A stretch of 64,000 nt of DNA from an uncultured cyanobacterium (GTDB lineage: Bacteria > Cyanobacteriota > Cyanobacteriia > Cyanobacteriales > Nostocaceae): NCBI GenBank assembly GCA_963706595.1, contig OY970166.1:4032001-4096000 (forward strand), in the 5' to 3' direction. The notes below the pieces were generated by a model. It made no database searches. It worked only from the letters and a program-made list of their open reading frames with translations, and had not been told where the DNA came from. Position numbers and translations under genes: made by a program. How positions within the stretch are numbered: the stretch's first letter is position 1; each line of letters starts with the position of its first letter. Below are positions 39,675 through 49,253 of the stretch, piece by piece.

Positions 39675-40418
39675 ATGACAATTCCTTTACTAGAATACAA
39701 ACCCAGTTCCCAAAATCAGCGCGTAGCTGGTTACGAAGTCCCGAACGAAGATACACCCAGGATTTACCGCATCGAAGACTGTGCTTTTGATAGTGAAGTC
39801 CAAGAATTAATTTGGGCAGCATATCGGCAAATTTTTAGCGAACACGAAATCCTCAAATTCTATCGGCAGACCAACTTAGAATCTCAGATCAAGAATCGAG
39901 CCATTACCGTGCGCGACCTCATCCGGGGTTTAGCTAAGTCTGAAGCCTTCCGGAATTTGGTAGTGCAAACCAACTCTAACTATCGGTTAGTAGACATTGC
40001 CCTCAAACGGATTTTAGGTCGTGCGTCTTACAACAAAGACGAAGAAATTGCTTGGTCAATCAAAATAGCCACCCTCGGCTGGAATGGTTTTGTTGACGCT
40101 TTAATCAACTCCCAAGAGTATCAAAGCAACTTTGGCGACAACATCGTTCCCTACCAACGACGACGCTACAAAGATAGACCCTTTAATTTAGTCACACCCC
40201 GCTACGGTAACTACTGGCGCGACAAGTTAGAAGATGCGCGCTATAAAGCAGGCGACATCAAGAACTTTATGGAACTAGCCAACTCCATCGAAATCAAGAT
40301 GCTGAAATTTACCCCAGTTAACCTAGCCAGCATTGAAATTCCCGACATGGCCAGGGATATCAACCCCCAAGGTATTCCCGTTTCCATAAATTCCAGCGCC
40401 AATTTCCCCGTGCGCTAA
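39675..40418 (+). CDS. cpcG2: Rod-core linker CpcG2
   Basis: PBS linker domain, 247 aa. Confidence 0.85.
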   Translation: MTIPLLEYKPSSQNQRVAGYEVPNEDTPRIYRIEDCAFDSEVQELIWAAYRQIFSEHEILKFYRQTNLESQIKNRAITVRDLIRGLAKSEAFRNLVVQTNSNYRLVDIALKRILGRASYNKDEEIAWSIKIATLGWNGFVDALINSQEYQSNFGDNIVPYQRRRYKDRPFNLVTPRYGNYWRDKLEDARYKAGDIKNFMELANSIEIKMLKFTPVNLASIEIPDMARDINPQGIPVSINSSANFPVR

Positions 40419-40537
40419 ATTACTAACATAATGGGGGAGAATAAGTAAAGCATCAGTGAGGGTTTGAGGATTCAAACCTCCTTGAGTTTTCCGAGTCAGC
40501 TTTTTGTTCACATTGTTAATAAAGGGAAGAACGCAGT

Positions 40538-41305
40538 ATGTCTCTGCCATTACTTCAATACAAACCCAGCAGTCAAAATCACCGAGTCGCCAGCTTTGGT
40601 GTAGCTGACCTGAATGAAGATACACCATATATCTACCGCATTGAAGATGTCAGTTCTTACACTGATATCCAGAACATTATTTGGGCAGCTTATCGCCAAA
40701 TTTTCAGTGAACATGAAATCCTCAAGTTCAACCGCCAGAAGACTCTGGAATCTCAACTGAAAACTGGTTCCCTATCTGTGAGGGACTTCATCAGAGGTTT
40801 AACCAAGTCTGAAACCTACTATCGTTTAGTTGTCTCATCCAACAACAACTACCGTTTAGTAGACATCACCCTCAAGCGGGTATTAGGCCGTGCGTCTTAC
40901 AACAAAGACGAGCAAATTGCTTGGTCAATCGTTATTGCTACCAAAGGTTTTGGCGGCTTCGTTGATGCTTTAGTAGACAGCGAAGAGTACACCCAAAGCT
41001 TTGGCGATAATATCGTACCTTACCAACGCAAACGCATGGAAGGTCGTCCTCACAACTTGGTAACACCTCGTTACGGCGAAGACTTCCGCGAAAAAGTCGG
41101 TACAGTGGAAACCGATTGGCGCTTCACTTTGGAGAAGTTCTACACCCGCAAGTTCCAAGAAAAACGCCTCCCCGAAGGCGACCCTCGCAAATATGCGGAT
41201 ATGGCAGCATCTGTAGGTGGTAAAGGCAACTACGCGCAAAAGCTTTCTGCATTTGATATTGATTATCTTGATGCAGTTCCTTACCGTGGTGGTAGCAGAC
41301 GCTAG
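40538..41305 (+). CDS. cpcG4: Rod-core linker, CpcG4-like
   Basis: PBS linker domain with a hydrophilic C-terminus (LPEGDPRKY) and no TM tail. Confidence 0.75.
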   Translation: MSLPLLQYKPSSQNHRVASFGVADLNEDTPYIYRIEDVSSYTDIQNIIWAAYRQIFSEHEILKFNRQKTLESQLKTGSLSVRDFIRGLTKSETYYRLVVSSNNNYRLVDITLKRVLGRASYNKDEQIAWSIVIATKGFGGFVDALVDSEEYTQSFGDNIVPYQRKRMEGRPHNLVTPRYGEDFREKVGTVETDWRFTLEKFYTRKFQEKRLPEGDPRKYADMAASVGGKGNYAQKLSAFDIDYLDAVPYRGGSRR

Positions 41306-41334
41306 GATTTAAAATCTAACTGTCTCAAATTTTA

Positions 41335-41424
41335 TACTGGGTCTAGTTTTTGTGTTGATGTGACGACGGGTTTGCAGTTTTTCTGTTAGCTAGGCGTTGC
41401 GTTAACTGGAAACTAGACCCAGTA
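41335..41424 (+). terminator. Long inverted repeat at the end of the cpc operon
   Basis: Perfect 15-bp IR TACTGGGTCTAGTTT / AAACTAGACCCAGTA enclosing 60 nt, followed by GCTTTT. Confidence 0.6.
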
Positions 41425-41460
41425 GCTTTTAATATGGGGAAGGTCTAAAGGAGTAGTCAA

Positions 41461-42715
41461 ATGCTAAAAGAACTTCATTTAAAGTCTGTTGGACCTGCTT
41501 CTCAATTTGATGTTGAATTTGCTGATAGACTCAACATTTTTACTGGGGATAATGGACTAGGTAAAAGTTTTTTACTTGAAGTTGCTTGGTGGGTACTCAC
41601 GGGAAATTGGGTAGACCAACCCGCTTATCCCCAAAGAAATATAGATGAATTACCAAAAATTATATCCAAAATTATTACTCTAGATGATGATCAAGGAATA
41701 AATTATTCAAGTAAATTTAATTTTAATAAACAGAAATGGCAAGATTTCCAATATGGTGTTCCCTTATTAAAAGGGGTAATTATTTTTGTTCGCGTTGATG
41801 GAAGTTTTTCTGTTTTTGACCCTGCTCGCAACGATGAAGATTCGTATAATTTTACCCCGGATACACTTTGGAATGGCTTAAAATCAAAAGGTAAAGTTGT
41901 TTGTAATGGTCTAATTCAAGATTGGGTAACATGGCAAAATCAACCACAAAAAACGCCATTTCAACTTTTATCCGATGTCATTAAACAACTTGCACCTCAT
42001 CCTGATGAATGGATAGAAATAGGAGAACCAACGCGAGTATCTGTAGAAGATGTGCGCGACATTCCCACAATTAATCTTCCTTACGGTAATATTCCCATTA
42101 CCCAAGCATCAGCAGGGATGAAGCGTATTCTGGGACTTGCCTATTTGTTGGTATGGGCTTGGTACGAACACGAAAAAGCTTCGGAACTCCGGAGACAAGA
42201 ACCAATGAATCAAATAGTTTTACTAATTGATGAAGTTGAATCTCACCTACATCCACGCTGGCAAAGAGTTATATTACCATCTATTTTATCTGTGCCTAAA
42301 TGAGTTCCAGTCAAATATGAAAGTACAAGTTTTAGCTACAACTCATTCGCCCTTGGTACTTGCTTCCTTAGAACCAATTTTTGATGAAGAACAAGACAAA
42401 TTATTTTTATTTGAACTGGAAAACGAAAAAGTTTCCTTGGATGAAATGTCATGGGTTAAACAAGGAGATACAGTTGGATGGTTAACATCAGAAATATTTG
42501 GACTCAAACAAGCTCGTTCTCAAGAAGCAGAAACAGCGATTGAAGCCGCAGAAGCATGGATGCGCTATGATGATATGAATAATTTTCCAGAACACTTAAG
42601 AAGCCAGCCACAAATTCATCAGGAATTGCAAAAACTTTTACCCGGACATGATCCTTTTTGGCCTCGTTGGATAGTAACAGCAGAAAAAAGAAATGCTGGC
42701 TCATCCGAGGTATAG
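41461..42715 (+). pseudogene. ABC/AAA_21-type ATPase (PtuA-like) split by a +1 frameshift
   Basis: Walker A GDNGLGKS, signature ASAG and Walker B IDEVESHLHPRWQ in one frame; the H-loop TTHSP is in the next. Removing one C at 42295-42296 restores SVLNEFQSNMK. Confidence 0.8.
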
Positions 42716-42720
42716 TAAAT

Positions 42721-43287
42721 ATGTTAAAGTTTAATCCTCCACCAGAACCACCAGATTTTGATGCCAAAGCACGGCAGCTAGGTAATAATTGGTTAGTCAA
42801 AAATACAGATTCTAAAAAAAGACCAAGAGATTATTGGTCAAAATTTAAAATAGATTTAGCCGATGGTTTTGGTAGTCTTTGTGGTTATAGTGCCATGTTT
42901 GAACCTGTTGGCACTGTAGACCATTACCTCTGTTGTCAAAATCATCGGCATTTGGCTTACGAATGGAGTAATTATCGTTTTGCTTCTGCTTGGATAAATA
43001 GTAGCAAAGGCACTGTTGATGATCAAGTGCTTGACCCATTTCTGGTCGAGGATGATTGGTTTGAAATTTTGTTACCTTCCCTCCAGTTAGTCCTAACTGA
43101 TGCAATTCCACCACAGGAAAGGTCAAGAGCCGAATTCACTCTGCAACGACTGCATCTGCGGGATGATGAGCGAGTCATCCGTCAACGTCAACAATGGTAT
43201 CAGCTTTATCTTAATGGTGAAATTACTCTCACAGGATTAGAAGGGAAAGCTCCTCTCATTGCGCGTGCAATTAGAAAACAGCAGTAA
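42721..43287 (+). CDS. HNH-type nuclease (PtuB-like)
   Basis: LCGYS...TVDHY...AYEWSNYRFASAWINSSKG; GAGG RBS before ATG 42721. Confidence 0.8.
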   Translation: MLKFNPPPEPPDFDAKARQLGNNWLVKNTDSKKRPRDYWSKFKIDLADGFGSLCGYSAMFEPVGTVDHYLCCQNHRHLAYEWSNYRFASAWINSSKGTVDDQVLDPFLVEDDWFEILLPSLQLVLTDAIPPQERSRAEFTLQRLHLRDDERVIRQRQQWYQLYLNGEITLTGLEGKAPLIARAIRKQQ

Positions 43288-43354
43288 TCGCTTCCAAATT
43301 AGAAGATCATTTTATTTCTATTACTCTATCTTGGACAACCATTTTATCAAAATC

Positions 43355-44161
43355 CTAATCACATCTAGATAAATCAGGCATGATTGTGTCCTGAAGATTA
43401 GCACCGTTGAGGTTAGCACCTTGGAGTTTAGCACCCCTCAAATTAGCTCTTTGGAGATTAGCCCCAGCCAAATTTGCTCCTGTAAGGTTACTCCAAGTTA
43501 AGTTAGCACCACTCAAGTTAGCTTCAGTAAAATTAGCTCGGAATAAATATGCACTACTAAGGTGAGCTTGGTGCAAATTCGCTTTGTAAAAGTCAGCTTT
43601 ATAAAGATAAGCTCCGTTTAATTGCACTTCGTACAAATTGGCTTCACTTAAGTCAGCATTAATTAAGTTGGCTTCAATCAAATTGGCAAAACCAAGATTA
43701 GCCCTGATTAACTTCGCTGTACCTAAATCAGCATCTCTCAAGTTCGCGTCTCTTAAGTCAGTTCCAATTAGGTTAGCTTCAACGATAATCGCGCCTTGAA
43801 GATTTGCTTCACTCAAGTCAGCGCCAATGAGATGGGCGTAACTCAAATTTGCTTGGGTAAGTGTCGCACCACTCAAGTTAGCCACACTCAAATTTGCTTC
43901 GCTCAAATTAGTTTCTATTAACTTGGCTTGGTGCAGGTTTGCGCCACTCAGGTCAGCGTTACTAAGGTTAGCTCGCACCAGTAAAGCATGACTTAAATCG
44001 ACTTTGTTTAAATTGACCCCTTGGAGGTTTGCGCCTCTGAGGTTGTCTCCTCTGAGGTTCGCGGCGCTGATATCTAGTTTCATTTGGGGATTTTGCTGTC
44101 TCCACTCCATCCATTGGACTGCACCTGCTTTGAGTAAAGCTAGATGCTCTCGATTTGCCAT
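43355..44161 (-). CDS. Pentapeptide repeat protein
   Basis: Continuous A(N/D)LXX repeats. Confidence 0.93.
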   Translation of the reverse strand: MANREHLALLKAGAVQWMEWRQQNPQMKLDISAANLRGDNLRGANLQGVNLNKVDLSHALLVRANLSNADLSGANLHQAKLIETNLSEANLSVANLSGATLTQANLSYAHLIGADLSEANLQGAIIVEANLIGTDLRDANLRDADLGTAKLIRANLGFANLIEANLINADLSEANLYEVQLNGAYLYKADFYKANLHQAHLSSAYLFRANFTEANLSGANLTWSNLTGANLAGANLQRANLRGAKLQGANLNGANLQDTIMPDLSRCD

Positions 44162-44171
44162 GTTTTCTCCT

Positions 44172-44813
44172 TTACTCCTGTCCCCCACCCTGGGGATTTA
44201 TTCGACCTGCTACATTTTCAATGGCTGTTAATGCTCCGGCTGCACCTGCGAGAATATCTTGCTCGGCTCCACCTAAGTAAAGCCGTCCAAAACTTCCTAC
44301 AGCTTGCACTTCTAGGATATTAATCGCTGCGGCTTTCTCGGCTTCGTTCGCAGCTAGTGCGGCGTAAGCAGCCGGTTGAACTTCTAATACATATAGGGTT
44401 TCTCCGGCTAGAATTAGCTGTCCTCTGCGTGTGCGATTAATGAGTTGGGTTTGGTAAGCATCTATGTTGCGGATAATTTGGTTAGAAACTACACGGGGTT
44501 TTAGTCCGTCTTCTTTTTCGACTCCTAGTGCTGCTAAAATCGCTTGACCAGCAGCTCGCGTTTCTCCTTGAGAGCTAGAATGAATTTCTAATAATCCGTA
44601 TAGTCGTTCAACTATTTGCACTCCTGGACGCACAGAGGCTGATTTAAGTGCTATGTCTGTAATGCGATTAATTTCAATACCCGGAGAGATTTCAATCCAC
44701 AGTGATGTATCTCCGGGTAATGGCAGGAAACCTTGGGATACTGTTCCCATATAAGCTGCGTGTTGAGGTTGCAGGTTGTCGAGAAATACAAAACTGCGTA
44801 ATTCTATTCCCAA
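44172..44813 (-). CDS. ccmP: Carboxysome tandem-BMC shell protein
   Basis: [30 protein letters not shown] and [10 protein letters not shown]. Confidence 0.88.
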   Translation of the reverse strand: MGIELRSFVFLDNLQPQHAAYMGTVSQGFLPLPGDTSLWIEISPGIEINRITDIALKSASVRPGVQIVERLYGLLEIHSSSQGETRAAGQAILAALGVEKEDGLKPRVVSNQIIRNIDAYQTQLINRTRRGQLILAGETLYVLEVQPAAYAALAANEAEKAAAINILEVQAVGSFGRLYLGGAEQDILAGAAGALTAIENVAGRINPQGGGQE

Positions 44814-44902
44814 GGTGATGCTCTCCAGTCATGAGGATAAAAGTAGTCTATTGCAATGTATGAGTTTAACCTTAAATTACCATAAGGCTAGGTACTGTTT
44901 TC

Positions 44903-45538
44903 TTACCCATGACTGTGGTCAAGTGTTTGAATTTCTGTTTGGAGATTGGAACGAGCAGATTGTTCGGCAATCTCGAACATCAAGGGCGTATGATAAATAC
45001 GCTGCTGTCGCAAAAAATGCGCTAAAACTTGTTGACGACCTGTAATATATTCGCATTCTGACAACCATGCATATTCTTGGCGAATAGCATGGGCGTATTC
45101 TTGATACTCTTCTGGGTTAGTTGCCAAAATAGCCAAATCTGCATCGAGTAAGACTTGGCTATCATAGTCATCTGTCGCAGCTTGGTGATTTTTGGTGTTG
45201 AGAATGAGACGGGTAACAGTAGCTATAGTCTTTGTGGGAATGCTTAAATTACTGAGCAATTCACCAGCATAGTCAGCGCTTCTTTGTTCGTTATCTTGAG
45301 CTTGAGTATTATATATTACATCATGAAGCCACGCCGCTAGTTGCACAGCAGGGAGGTCTTGAGCGTAGGCTTGTAAAGTGTCAATTGTGCGGAGGACGTG
45401 ATTAATATGTTTGAGTGTGTGGTAGTGGCGATCGCTTGTAGAATAAGCTTTAACTAAATCAGTAAAGCTTTGCTCAGATGCTACTCGGTCAACTCTCAAG
45501 TTTTGCAGTGTCTGCTGCCAATAACCAAATAATCCCAT
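44903..45538 (-). CDS. HD-superfamily phosphohydrolase
   Basis: RHYHTLKH, WLHDVIY, NEQRSA and LDADLAIL. Confidence 0.85.
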   Translation of the reverse strand: MGLFGYWQQTLQNLRVDRVASEQSFTDLVKAYSTSDRHYHTLKHINHVLRTIDTLQAYAQDLPAVQLAAWLHDVIYNTQAQDNEQRSADYAGELLSNLSIPTKTIATVTRLILNTKNHQAATDDYDSQVLLDADLAILATNPEEYQEYAHAIRQEYAWLSECEYITGRQQVLAHFLRQQRIYHTPLMFEIAEQSARSNLQTEIQTLDHSHG

Positions 45539-45568
45539 TGCTCACTTTTAGATAAATATTTGTTCATG

Positions 45569-46549
45569 TTAAATCTGTGGTGATTGGAGTGTTGTTAGCA
45601 GTAGCAGTGACCACGGTACTTTTATATCTGGGATGAGGGATGAGTATTTTCTCAGTGCGGGTAAGGCTGCTGGGATCAGAAATTTTAGGGAGCGTAGGGA
45701 TGCTGGAATATTACCTTCTTGATCTACAATTCCATATTGTTGGGCTAGTTCGGCGACAATCTGCACTTTTCCTGTGCGGCGCATGACATTTGGATCACCA
45801 GTCAGTGCTGCAATTACTCGCCCTGTGAATAAGGGAGTTTCCCAATTATAACGCTCGGCAAATACTGAGTTTTGTCCGTCAGTAATGTTTTCTGCTGCCA
45901 TGTCATCTGCTAAACGGGAGATTTGCTCAGTACCCACGATTCCCGGCCACAGGGACACAGAAGCCACGTTATGAGGCTTGAGTTCTACGGACATATCAGC
46001 CGCTAATCGGTCACAGGCGGCTTTACCAGCACCGTAGGCGGCACTGAAAATTCGGGACATCCCACCCCATGAGGAAATGGTACAAATTAATCCCTGTTGA
46101 CGTTTGAGCATAATTCTGGCAGCATAAATACTGGCAACGTAATGGCTACGCAAACCAACGTTGTTAGTTGCATCCCAAAGGCTGGGTTCACACTCCCAAA
46201 AAGTCTTTTTTTGATTTTCTCTTAAGGCTTGGACTCCTGAGAAGACATTATTAACTAATAAATCTAGTTGTCCATTTTGCTCGTCTTCGATACGTTCAAA
46301 GAGCGATCGCACTTGTTCATCGTTGCTATGATCTACCTGGACGGGAATACATATACCACCGGCTTCTTCAACTGCGGCTTGGGTATCAGTGAGATTTCCT
46401 GACATTTCAGCACTCGGATCAGAATTATCTAGGGTACGTCCGGTAATATACACAGTTGCACCTGCTGCACCCAGACCAATGGCAATTCCTTTGCCAATAC
46501 CCCGCGTAGCACCTGTGACTAAAGTTACTTTTCCTTTAAGGTTTTGCAT
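45569..46549 (-). CDS. SDR oxidoreductase (DHRS1-like)
   Basis: TGATRGIGKG and YGAGK motifs. Confidence 0.9.
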   Translation of the reverse strand: MQNLKGKVTLVTGATRGIGKGIAIGLGAAGATVYITGRTLDNSDPSAEMSGNLTDTQAAVEEAGGICIPVQVDHSNDEQVRSLFERIEDEQNGQLDLLVNNVFSGVQALRENQKKTFWECEPSLWDATNNVGLRSHYVASIYAARIMLKRQQGLICTISSWGGMSRIFSAAYGAGKAACDRLAADMSVELKPHNVASVSLWPGIVGTEQISRLADDMAAENITDGQNSVFAERYNWETPLFTGRVIAALTGDPNVMRRTGKVQIVAELAQQYGIVDQEGNIPASLRSLKFLIPAALPALRKYSSLIPDIKVPWSLLLLTTLQSPQI

Positions 46550-48020
46550 CTAATATTTTATACTCAAGTTCATGAATAGCGATCGCTTCATCTTTACCTC
46601 TTAATTTTACGAATTTATCGACTAATCGCAGTGAAAATAATTCTGGTTCAGATAAACTTAAAATTACTGAATCAGTTACCAAAATTCCACAGTGATGGTA
46701 TTTAGTTATACTCTCAACCCGTGAGGCGATATTTACTGCGTCACCGACTACTGTAGAGTCAATGCGACAAGTAAATCCTACCGTACCCATGACCACCTCA
46801 CCACGATGAATGCCAATCCCGATGGCAATTTTTGGTAAACCGTGTTGCGATCGCGCATAATTAAACTGATCAAGAGACTGTTGCATTAAAATTGCGGCTT
46901 TAAGTGCGCCATCAGTGGCTTGATCATCAAACAGCGCCATGATCGCATCACCTATATATTTATCAATAAAGCCACCAGATTCATCAATGGCTTTTCCCAT
47001 ACAAGCTAAATAGTCATTTAAAAACAAAAAAATTTCCATTGGTGTCATAGTTTCTGACATGGAAGTATAATCGCGAATATCACAGAATAAAATTGTCATT
47101 TTCCGCGTCGCAGCCATACCTACTTGAATGTTTTCTATTCCTTGGGGAGCAATGACTGAAACAAATTTATCTGGGACAAATTTCTCAAATGATTCTAATG
47201 TCTTCTGCAATTTACTAAATGATATCTGCAATGCACGTGACATTTCATTGACGGAAATTGCTAATGCACTAATTTCATCTACACGATGATAAATATCGGC
47301 GCGATGTTGCAAATCTCCATTGGCAATTTTAGCAACGCTCATCTGTAACCGCCGCACTGGATAACTCAATTGATTCGCTAAAATGTATGCAAATACTAAA
47401 CCAAAGTTCAGTCCTACAAAACCTACCATCAAAGCTTGGTTAACTGCGTTACTAATAGCAATATCTACCCTTCTTAAAGATATACCTATGCGTAAAGTAC
47501 CGAGCTTTTGTTGACTTAATCCCAAAATATTTGAAGCCACTTCAATCACGCGTTCACCACGTTTAGCTCGTAGCTTTTCTCCAAAGTAAATATCTCTGAG
47601 CAGAAATGTTTCTGATACACGAGTCCGATTCTTAGAAGATGAACTTAGGGCATGATTGGTGACACTTAAAGGTACTAAATCAGGAATATATTGATCTAGA
47701 AATTCTTGAGGAGAACCTGCAACGATTTGATTACCTAAACGGGTATCCGATACAAAAACATAGACAACATCTTTATTTTCTTGCATCAAAAGATGTAAGT
47801 TTATGCGAATTTGACTCCAATTTTCTTCCGATAATTCGTTAGAATATGTAGAACTTAAAACTTTAGAGGTAATTTTAGCATCATTTAACTTTTCTTGCCG
47901 GTAGAGAGTGCTGTCAGTTTTTGCCCAAACCGTAACTATAGCTGTAATCAAACCCAGAATCAGCAAGGTAGTTGAAGTCATAATCTGGGTGCGAATAGAA
48001 CGAAAAGTTAAGATTTTCAT
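46536..48020 (-). CDS. Membrane class III adenylate cyclase with HAMP domain
   Basis: Two TM segments, HAMP, FCDIRDYT, DKYIGDAIMA and TVVGDAVNIASRVE; ATGA overlap with the upstream gene. Confidence 0.9.
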   Translation of the reverse strand: MKILTFRSIRTQIMTSTTLLILGLITAIVTVWAKTDSTLYRQEKLNDAKITSKVLSSTYSNELSEENWSQIRINLHLLMQENKDVVYVFVSDTRLGNQIVAGSPQEFLDQYIPDLVPLSVTNHALSSSSKNRTRVSETFLLRDIYFGEKLRAKRGERVIEVASNILGLSQQKLGTLRIGISLRRVDIAISNAVNQALMVGFVGLNFGLVFAYILANQLSYPVRRLQMSVAKIANGDLQHRADIYHRVDEISALAISVNEMSRALQISFSKLQKTLESFEKFVPDKFVSVIAPQGIENIQVGMAATRKMTILFCDIRDYTSMSETMTPMEIFLFLNDYLACMGKAIDESGGFIDKYIGDAIMALFDDQATDGALKAAILMQQSLDQFNYARSQHGLPKIAIGIGIHRGEVVMGTVGFTCRIDSTVVGDAVNIASRVESITKYHHCGILVTDSVILSLSEPELFSLRLVDKFVKLRGKDEAIAIHELEYKILDAKP

Positions 48021-49084
48021 AATTGTGGAGTTAACTCTTCGACAAAAGTCACCCATCGCTGCTTCTTAGTTCTGCTCGGACAATCATCACCAAAGGCCAA
48101 AGTCACTGGACCCCCCATTTGCGCGGTAATTAATTGTTTTTCTTCACCCCACCTAGTAGCTAAGATAATATCACATTTGAGTATATCCTCTGTTACTAAT
48201 TCGATGGGTTCAGCATTTCTGCGGTAAACTGCTGCTTTACCACGCACGACAACAGAACTAAGAGTATTTAATTGGACTCCAGCTAAGGAGAGAACATCTC
48301 GTAGTCTCACACCGTGTAATTTCACTTGACCACTCGGCCACCACACCCGATAACCAACATTTTGCGTCAAGCTAACTTGGGGTAATTGATCTAAATCTGC
48401 TAAATTGAGTTCACTGTCCCCTATACTCACTTTGGCTGTTTCTGTGCCAAAAATGACATGAGTCACATAAAATGCCCACATCCCCTCATCATAGTTTTTT
48501 CTAATTTCTGGATACTGGGTATAGGGAAAAATTAAATAAATCGGTCCACCTTGCTCACGCGGAATTGGTTGACCATCCTTGGCAACTGCTAAAATAATTG
48601 GGTACTTGAGTAAATCTTTGATGTTGATAGTTACTTGATAGGCATCATAGCAGACAAAAGTTATTTCCGTGATTTCTCCTTGAGCCGCAAAATTTTTTAT
48701 GAGTGAATTTACAGATATACCTGTAAATTTAAAGACTTTTTTGGGATTGACAATGTTATTGCCATCAACTGTATTAATATTGACTGTAGCTAAATCCTGC
48801 AACTGTGACCAATCTAATGTTTCCGTTTTTCCTGTTGCTGTCTGACCTTGTATAACTAAATTCCATTGCTGCTGCTGGTTATTTTGAGCTTTTTCTGTCA
48901 CAATTTCAGCATTGCGATCGCTTGCTTCTTTACGCCATACTTCCAGTTGTGCATCTGTCGGCTTTTCTGTACAACCTCCCAAACAGACCATAGCTATCCC
49001 CAAAGATATTAAAGCCAAGTTTTTCCAGACATTCCATACAACCACGTTCACAACTATTACTGGAGACAGTTGACATAATGGCAC
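48017..49084 (-). CDS. Lipoprotein with duplicated molybdopterin-oxidoreductase-like domains
   Basis: Lipobox LGGC; FTGISV...DGQPIPREQGGPIYLIFP and a second copy HGVRLRDVL...MGGPVTL. The start is uncertain. Confidence 0.7.
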   Translation of the reverse strand: MPLCQLSPVIVVNVVVWNVWKNLALISLGIAMVCLGGCTEKPTDAQLEVWRKEASDRNAEIVTEKAQNNQQQQWNLVIQGQTATGKTETLDWSQLQDLATVNINTVDGNNIVNPKKVFKFTGISVNSLIKNFAAQGEITEITFVCYDAYQVTINIKDLLKYPIILAVAKDGQPIPREQGGPIYLIFPYTQYPEIRKNYDEGMWAFYVTHVIFGTETAKVSIGDSELNLADLDQLPQVSLTQNVGYRVWWPSGQVKLHGVRLRDVLSLAGVQLNTLSSVVVRGKAAVYRRNAEPIELVTEDILKCDIILATRWGEEKQLITAQMGGPVTLAFGDDCPSRTKKQRWVTFVEELTPQL

Positions 49085-49206
49085 TAACTACGTTATTAGA
49101 AGCACCGTATTAAAGTTTACACCATGATTCTACAAAATGGGGAGTGGGGGAAAGAGGCAGGGGAGCAGGGCGCAGGGAGCAGGGGGGAGAAGACGGTAAC
49201 TTCCAA

Positions 49207-49250
49207 ATGACTAATGACTAATGACTAATAACTAATGACTAATAACTAAT
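49207..49250. repeat. Heptamer tandem repeat (ATGACTA)n
   Basis: atgactaatgactaatgactaataacta...; other heptamer arrays lie near 37892-37922, 39647-39673 and 61594-61620. Confidence 0.85.
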
Positions 49251-49253
49251 TTT

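Noticed and set aside
39523..39822. 99-aa minus-strand ORF
   Set aside because: It is made of MITE, heptamer repeat and cpcG2 antisense sequence.
41335..41424. Retron msr-msd (a1/a2 repeats) upstream of PtuAB-like genes
   Set aside because: There is no reverse transcriptase in the window. Its position right after the last cpcG and its similarity in style to the post-cpcA stem-loop favour an operon 3' structure.
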